DNA of 64,000 nucleotides from Thermoanaerobaculia bacterium (GTDB lineage Bacteria; Acidobacteriota; Thermoanaerobaculia; UBA5066): NCBI GenBank assembly GCA_038245905.1, contig JBBRRY010000006.1, positions 64,425 to 128,424 of the forward strand, read 5' to 3'. Shown piece by piece: positions 58,593 to 64,000 of this stretch (position 1 is its first letter; each line of letters starts with the position of its first letter). The notes under the pieces were generated by a model. It saw only the letters and a program-made list of their open reading frames with translations, ran no database searches and was not told where the DNA came from. The position numbers and the translations under genes were made by a program.

Positions 58593-59468
58593 TTAGTCGG
58601 GCGACGGCGGCGTGGCCGTCGCCTCCCCCCGCCCACCGAAGACCGTGCGCCCCGCGACGGCGGCGAGGACGATTGCGCCGCCGACGGCGGCCCAGCCGGA
58701 CGGCCTTTCGCCAAGGCCGAGAAACGCCCAGAGCGGGTTGAACATCGGCTCGAGCATGCCGATCAACGAGGCTTCCGCCGCCGGGACAACCGACAGGCCG
58801 CGCACGAAGAGGACGTAGCTAATGCCCATCTGGACGACGCCGAGGAAGAGGACGAGGCCGATTCCCCTCGCGTTCAGGCTGAGGCCGCCCCACGCGAACG
58901 GTAGTGCGAGCGCCGCGGCCAGGAGGTTTCCCGCGATGACGGACGGAATCGCGTCGCCCGACGCGTCGCGGCGCAGGAGGAGGATCGTCAGGCCGAAGAA
59001 GAGGCCCGACGCGATCGCCATGAGGTTACCCGCGAGCGCGCCGGGGTCCAGCCGCCCGACGAAGAAGAGCGACATCCCGGCGAGTGCGACGCTGACGGCG
59101 GCCGCGTCGATCTTCCGGAAGGGCTCTTTTAGCAGAAACGGGGCGAGCGCGAGGACGTAGAGCGGCCCCGTGTATTGCAGGAAGATCGCGTTCGCCGCGG
59201 TCGTCATTTTCGTCGCAGACACGAACGTCAGAATCATGAGCGCGTAGACGACCACCGTGGACGGCGCCGCGTGACGCCAACGCGAGCGGGAGGGTCGGAA
59301 AATCACGAGCAGAAAAATCGCCGAGATGAACGACCGCCAGAAAACGACGCCGAGCGCGCTGAGCGGGACGAGCTTGATCGCGAGGCCGCCCGAGGACCAC
59401 AGGAGCGCGGCCGCGGCGACTACGAGCCGCCCCCGCCCCGGGGAAAGCGGCGCCGCAGATGCGCTCAC
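58593..59468 (-). CDS. DMT/EamA-family transporter
   Basis: LWS.GG, TTAANAIFLQYTGP, L.E, LEP..NP.W..L..GE. Confidence 0.9.
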   Translation of the reverse strand: MSASAAPLSPGRGRLVVAAAALLWSSGGLAIKLVPLSALGVVFWRSFISAIFLLVIFRPSRSRWRHAAPSTVVVYALMILTFVSATKMTTAANAIFLQYTGPLYVLALAPFLLKEPFRKIDAAAVSVALAGMSLFFVGRLDPGALAGNLMAIASGLFFGLTILLLRRDASGDAIPSVIAGNLLAAALALPFAWGGLSLNARGIGLVLFLGVVQMGISYVLFVRGLSVVPAAEASLIGMLEPMFNPLWAFLGLGERPSGWAAVGGAIVLAAVAGRTVFGGRGEATATPPSPD

Positions 59469-60577
59469 GGCGTCTTGTGCCGGACAGCCGCGATCGAGAC
59501 GTCGTCGTCGCAAACGGCCCGTCCGAGGAACCGGTCGAGCTCCGCTGCGAGCGCGAAAACCACTTCATAGGGCGCGGCGCCCGCCCTCCGGAAGAGGACG
59601 TGCTCGATGCGTGCGTCGCCGAACTCCTCGCCGCGCTCCCCGCGCGCGTCGGGAAGCCCGTCGGAATGGAAGACCAGCATCTCGCCGGGCGCGAGAGTGG
59701 TGGTCTCGGGCGTGTAGGCGGCGTTCTTCTTGATCCCGAGGGGATAGGAGCCCAAGCCGAGGCGTTGGACGACCCGCCCATCCCTGTCCACCTTGAGGAT
59801 CGGCGGATGACCCGCCACGTATGCCGTCACGCCGCCCCCGGGCTCGAGGAGGGCGTAGACGCCAGCGAAGAACGAGCGGGAGTTCCCCGTCTCCGAGAGC
59901 ACGCGGTTGAGGGCCTCGATCATCGCGCCCGGCGACGGGTCGACGGGAAGCTGCGTGCGGAACACCGCGTGCGTCACCGCCATGACGAGCCCCGCAGCCA
60001 TCCCGTGCCCCGACGCGTCGCCGAACAGGACCGCGAGACGCCCGCCGGGAAGCGGTTCGAACGCGTAGAGGTCGCCCCCCACGGTGTTCGCGATCCGGTT
60101 GAAGCCGCCGAGCTCGAACGCCCCGATCTCGGGCAAGACGCGGGGTATGAGCTGGGCCTGGAGCTCGCGCGCCATCACAAGCTCGTCCTTGAAGTGGAGC
60201 TTGTCGACGAGCTCCATGGCGAGGAGAAACGTGAGGGCGAGAATCGACATGAAGAAGGCAAAGAAGGCCCAGTTCGCCTGGCCGTTCCACGGGGGGCCTG
60301 ACATGCTTTCCAGGAAAGCGAGGATTACGAGGAGGAGGACGAGGGAGAAGACGAGGCGTCGCGGCGGCGCGAGCCGCTTCGCGAGCCCGAAGACGACCGC
60401 GTTCGTCTTCCGGAGGCCTTTCTTCCAGCGACGGGGCTCGGCCGCAATCTCGGCCTCGTGGTCGGCGAGGAAAACGCCCGTCGCCCGCTGCCAGTCCACG
60501 ACCCACATGCCGCGCACCTCGTCGGCATCGAAGGAGTGAACCGTCTCCTTCGCCAGGCTCTTCCAGTCCGTCGTCAT
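59465..60577 (-). CDS. Membrane-anchored PP2C/SpoIIE-type phosphatase
   Basis: Two TM helices, EL..ARELQ, VGGDLY, GDASGHG, AGHPP, HSDGL, DDVS. Confidence 0.92.
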   Translation of the reverse strand: MTTDWKSLAKETVHSFDADEVRGMWVVDWQRATGVFLADHEAEIAAEPRRWKKGLRKTNAVVFGLAKRLAPPRRLVFSLVLLLVILAFLESMSGPPWNGQANWAFFAFFMSILALTFLLAMELVDKLHFKDELVMARELQAQLIPRVLPEIGAFELGGFNRIANTVGGDLYAFEPLPGGRLAVLFGDASGHGMAAGLVMAVTHAVFRTQLPVDPSPGAMIEALNRVLSETGNSRSFFAGVYALLEPGGGVTAYVAGHPPILKVDRDGRVVQRLGLGSYPLGIKKNAAYTPETTTLAPGEMLVFHSDGLPDARGERGEEFGDARIEHVLFRRAGAAPYEVVFALAAELDRFLGRAVCDDDVSIAAVRHKTP

Positions 60578-60623
60578 GCGCTTTCTCTTACGAAATACCG
60601 GGGCTCAGGGTTCTCCCCGCTTC

Positions 60624-61088
60624 TCAGGGCTTCTTCGGAACTCCGAGCCGGGCCGCCGCGTTCTGCGAGACCGAGCGCCTCATCCACGCCATCCGCCCGA
60701 ACAGGAGCCCCGAAAGCCCGAGAGCCTGGGCCGCCCAGCGCGGGAAGTCGAAGGTGTCCGTCTGGCGCACGATGAGTCCGTCCCGCATCTCGATCTCGGA
60801 CACGATCACGTTCACGACGGGCCGCTTGCCCCCGAAGAGGTAGCGGGCCGTCCACTCGACGACGCCGGTTCCCGGGCCCGCCTTCGCCACGGTGAACTGC
60901 ACGGAGAAATCCTTCGCACCGCGGGTGAGGCCGATCCACATCTTTCCGATGTCCGAGCCCGTCAGCCGGAAGACGGGATCCTCGAACGTCGCGTCCGAGG
61001 CGTACATCGCGGCCATGGCATCGCCATCGCGCCGCGCAAACGCCTCGTAAAAACGAGTCAGGGCGGCCTGGGTCTCGGCGTTCGTCAT
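60624..61088 (-). CDS. SnoaL-like/NTF2 domain protein
   Basis: FYEAF..RD..AM..Y..DA.FEDP.F, W.A.Y.F, RPV.N, D.FDF..WA.QALG. Confidence 0.85.
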   Translation of the reverse strand: MTNAETQAALTRFYEAFARRDGDAMAAMYASDATFEDPVFRLTGSDIGKMWIGLTRGAKDFSVQFTVAKAGPGTGVVEWTARYLFGGKRPVVNVIVSEIEMRDGLIVRQTDTFDFPRWAAQALGLSGLLFGRMAWMRRSVSQNAAARLGVPKKP

Positions 61089-61176
61089 CGTCCCCGGGGA
61101 TTCTATCCGGACCTCGAGGAGGTCTTCCAGACGTGTAAAGGCGGTCCACTCACACGGCGGCTAGAATGCCCCGCTC

Positions 61177-62418
61177 ATGCAGAAATTCGATCTTTTCGTC
61201 CTCGGAACGGGGCCCGCCGGACAGCGCGCAGCCGTGCAGGCCGCCAAGCTCGGCAAGAAGGTCGGGATCTGCGAGAAACGCGAGATGGTGGGCGGCGTCT
61301 GCGTGAACACGGGCACGATTCCGTCCAAGACGTTCCGCGAGGCCGTTCTCTACCTGAGCGGGATCGCCCAACGCGCGAACTACGGTGCGTCCTACACCAT
61401 CAAGGACGACATCACGATGGAGGACCTGCTTCTTCGGTGCCGCCAGGTCATCACGCGCGAGATCGAGGTCATCCGCTCTCAGATGAAGCGCAACGGGATC
61501 GCGCTCCTCGGCGGCGCGGCCACGTTCACGGGGCCGCACACGCTTACGGTCGCCGGTTTGGCGGGGACGCTCGAGGTCGAGGCCGAGAAGATCGTGATCG
61601 CCGTGGGGACGAAGCCGTCCCCGCCGCCCGTGCCCGTCGACGGCGAGACGGTGATCGACTCGGACGGGATCCTCTCGCTCAAGAGGCTCCCGAAGTCGCT
61701 CATCGTCGTGGGCGGTGGCGTGATCGGCGTCGAGTACGCCTCGATGTTCGCGGCCGGGCACGTCGCCGTGACGCTCAAGTCCGGCAAGAAGATCGGCGCC
61801 GACCTCCTTCTCTACTCGATCGGGCGCATCGGCGCGACCGTGACCCTCGGCCTCGCGTCCGCCGGGCTCGAACCGGACGATCGCGGCCGCCTCAAGGTCA
61901 ACGAGAACTACCAGACGGCGCAGACGCACATCTACGCCGTCGGCGACGTCATCGGCTTCCCCGCCCTCGCCTCGACGTCCATGGAACAGGGGCGCCTCGC
62001 CTCCTGCCACGCGTTCGGCGTCTCGTGCCACTCCCTCCCCCACCTCTACCCGATCGGCATCTACTCCGTCCCGGAGATCTCGATGGTCGGGAAGACCGAG
62101 GAGGAGCTCACGAAGGAATCCGTCCCTTACGAGACGGGCGTCGCCCGGTACCGGGAGATCGCGCGGGGCGCAATCGTCGGCGATGACACCGGCATCCTCA
62201 AGATCCTCGTCCACCGCGAGACGCGCCTCATCCTCGGCGTCCACATCCTCGGCACGGCCGCGACGGAGCTCGTCCACATTGGCCAGAGCTTCCTCTCCCT
62301 CGGCGGCACGCTCGACGTCCTCGTCGACACGGTCTTCAACTACCCCACGTTCGCCGAGTGCTACAAGGTCGCCGCGCTGGACGCCTACAACAAGCTGCGG
62401 GCCGACGCCGCGGGCTGA
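61177..62418 (+). CDS. sthA: Soluble pyridine nucleotide transhydrogenase SthA-like, with internal in-frame deletion
   Basis: GTGPAGQ.AA, GGVC..TGTIPSKT.REA, GGGVIGVEYAS, GDVIGFPALAS.SM.QGR, FNYPT.AE.YKVAA. Confidence 0.85.
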   Translation: MQKFDLFVLGTGPAGQRAAVQAAKLGKKVGICEKREMVGGVCVNTGTIPSKTFREAVLYLSGIAQRANYGASYTIKDDITMEDLLLRCRQVITREIEVIRSQMKRNGIALLGGAATFTGPHTLTVAGLAGTLEVEAEKIVIAVGTKPSPPPVPVDGETVIDSDGILSLKRLPKSLIVVGGGVIGVEYASMFAAGHVAVTLKSGKKIGADLLLYSIGRIGATVTLGLASAGLEPDDRGRLKVNENYQTAQTHIYAVGDVIGFPALASTSMEQGRLASCHAFGVSCHSLPHLYPIGIYSVPEISMVGKTEEELTKESVPYETGVARYREIARGAIVGDDTGILKILVHRETRLILGVHILGTAATELVHIGQSFLSLGGTLDVLVDTVFNYPTFAECYKVAALDAYNKLRADAAG

Positions 62419-62425
62419 GGCGCCG

Positions 62426-64000
62426 TCAGGTCCTCCGCAGGGAGCCCGCGCCCGCGAGGGCAAGCGCGATGCCGAGGAGGATTAGGCTCCACTCCGAGAG
62501 CGTCGGAATGCTGCTCAGGAAAGAGCCGTCCGCCGTGCTCGTATTGTTCGTCCCGTCCGGATCGAACTCGTTCGCGGCCACGGTGGCCGTGTTCGCGACG
62601 GAGACGGTCGCGGACGCCGGAAGAACGTGAATGAGCACCGTCGCCGAGGCGCCGTTCAGGAGCGTGCCGAGAGCGCACGTGACGGTGTTCGTGCCGCTGC
62701 ACGACCCCTGCGTCGTCGTCAGGGACGAGATCGTCACGGACGCCGGAAGCGTGTCGGTGAGGACGACGCCGGTCGCCGTCGAGGGCCCATGGTTCGTGAC
62801 CACGATGCGATACGTGAACGTCTGGCCGACGACAATGGGCGCGCCCTCGATCGTCTTGAGGACCGAGAGATCGGCGGCGACGGACGCCGTGGCCCTCGAG
62901 GAGTCGTTCGCCGGGTTCGGGTCGGGCGTCGCGGACGAGACCGAGGCCGTGTTCACGATCGGGCTCGGTGCGGTGTAGCCGGCCGGGATCGCGAACGTCG
63001 TCGTGATGGTCCCCGACGCGCCCGCGGGCACGGTCAGGAGAGCGCACGGAAACGGCGTCGCGCACGCGCCCGAGTTCGAGACGAACGTTAGGTTCGGCGG
63101 GGTCGGATCCGACACGACGACCGATGCGGCGTCCGACGGCCCGTTGTTCGTCACGACGAGCGTGTACACGACGTTGTTCCCGGGGATCGCGTTCGGAGGC
63201 CCCGTCTTGACGATCGCGAGGTCGGCCGAGGAGACGACCGGGACGATGTCCGTCGACGAGTCGTTGCCAGGCGTGATGTCTCCCCCGCCCGAGACCGTAG
63301 CGGTGTTCGAAAGGCTCGCGGCCGCCGTCTGCGCGACCGAGACGGTCACGGAGATCGCGGGCCAGGACGCACCGGCGGAGAGGACGTCGGCGCGCGTGCA
63401 GGAGATCGACGGAGCGGCGACGGAGCAGGTCCACCCGGTGCCCGAGGCCGCCGTGGGCGTGAGGCCCGCGGGCAGAGTGTCCGAAATGGTCACGACCCCG
63501 GCCGTCGGGCCCGTCCCAACGTTCGAAACCGTGAGAGAAAACGTCCCCGATGCGCCACGGACGAAGGACGCGGGTGCGTGGGTCTTGACGATCGTCAGGT
63601 CGGCCACGATACCGACTCCGCCGGACGCGCTCGCGGAGTCGTTCGCCGGATTCGGGTCGACCTCCGTCTGGCCGGTCTTCGTCGCGGTGTTCGTGAACGC
63701 ACCCGGAACGAGAGCCGTGACGGTGAACGTGAGGGTCGCGGAGGACCCGTTCGCGAGGGTGCCCACGGTCCAGACGCCCGTGCCGGAGACGTAGCTTCCC
63801 TGGGACGGCACGGCCGACACGAAGCCGAGCGTCGCGGGGAGGACGTCCGTCACGACGACGCCGTTCGCGGTCGACGGGCCGTTGTTCGTCGCCGTGACCG
63901 TGAACGTGAACGTCTGCGTGACGAGCGGCGAGGGGTTCGAGACCGTCTTCGACACCGCCACGTCCGCGACGGGCGTGACCGTCGTCGGGGCCGTGGACGA
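62426..64000 (-). CDS. DUF11-repeat surface protein with IPTL-CTERM sorting signal (5' end outside the window)
   Basis: Four ADL.(I/V).KT..V.N.GP..A..V..TD.LP..D....ND repeats; C-terminus IPTLSEWSLILL + TM + RR. Confidence 0.92.
   Translation of the reverse strand, partial: SSTAPTTVTPVADVAVSKTVSNPSPLVTQTFTFTVTATNNGPSTANGVVVTDVLPATLGFVSAVPSQGSYVSGTGVWTVGTLANGSSATLTFTVTALVPGAFTNTATKTGQTEVDPNPANDSASASGGVGIVADLTIVKTHAPASFVRGASGTFSLTVSNVGTGPTAGVVTISDTLPAGLTPTAASGTGWTCSVAAPSISCTRADVLSAGASWPAISVTVSVAQTAAASLSNTATVSGGGDITPGNDSSTDIVPVVSSADLAIVKTGPPNAIPGNNVVYTLVVTNNGPSDAASVVVSDPTPPNLTFVSNSGACATPFPCALLTVPAGASGTITTTFAIPAGYTAPSPIVNTASVSSATPDPNPANDSSRATASVAADLSVLKTIEGAPIVVGQTFTYRIVVTNHGPSTATGVVLTDTLPASVTISSLTTTQGSCSGTNTVTCALGTLLNGASATVLIHVLPASATVSVANTATVAANEFDPDGTNNTSTADGSFLSSIPTLSEWSLILLGIALALAGAGSLRRT

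Overview
High-GC bacterial window. Gene content (IPTL-CTERM/DUF11 protein, CRTAC1-like protein, DUF4388, hspR-dnaK) suggests an Acidobacteriota/Thermoanaerobaculia-like organism; this taxonomy is an inference. It contains two excisionase-HTH/PTS-EIIA fusion regulators with a 10-bp-periodic upstream repeat, a MacAB-type exporter, sua5, a minus-strand anaerobic purine/urate-catabolism-like cluster (xdh, two PLP enzymes, ssnA, short ygfK, ygeW, ygeY), ppdK, a dnaK-hspR-sigma-dnaC-like block, mazG, an envC-ctpA-yibQ-like operon and sthA. The standout is an accessory island at about 27.2-36.4 kb. It has two convergent, paralogous ECF sigma + zinc-finger anti-sigma/TPR modules flanking a 50-aa ORF with a hydrophobic leader and three tandem IASTPIG heptapeptides whose DNA copies differ only at synonymous sites. 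This is a candidate RRNPP-like peptide-signalling system wired to ECF sigma factors. The second sigma gene is cleanly split by an IS21 element with a 5-bp target duplication. All family assignments come from motif recognition by eye; no database searches were run.
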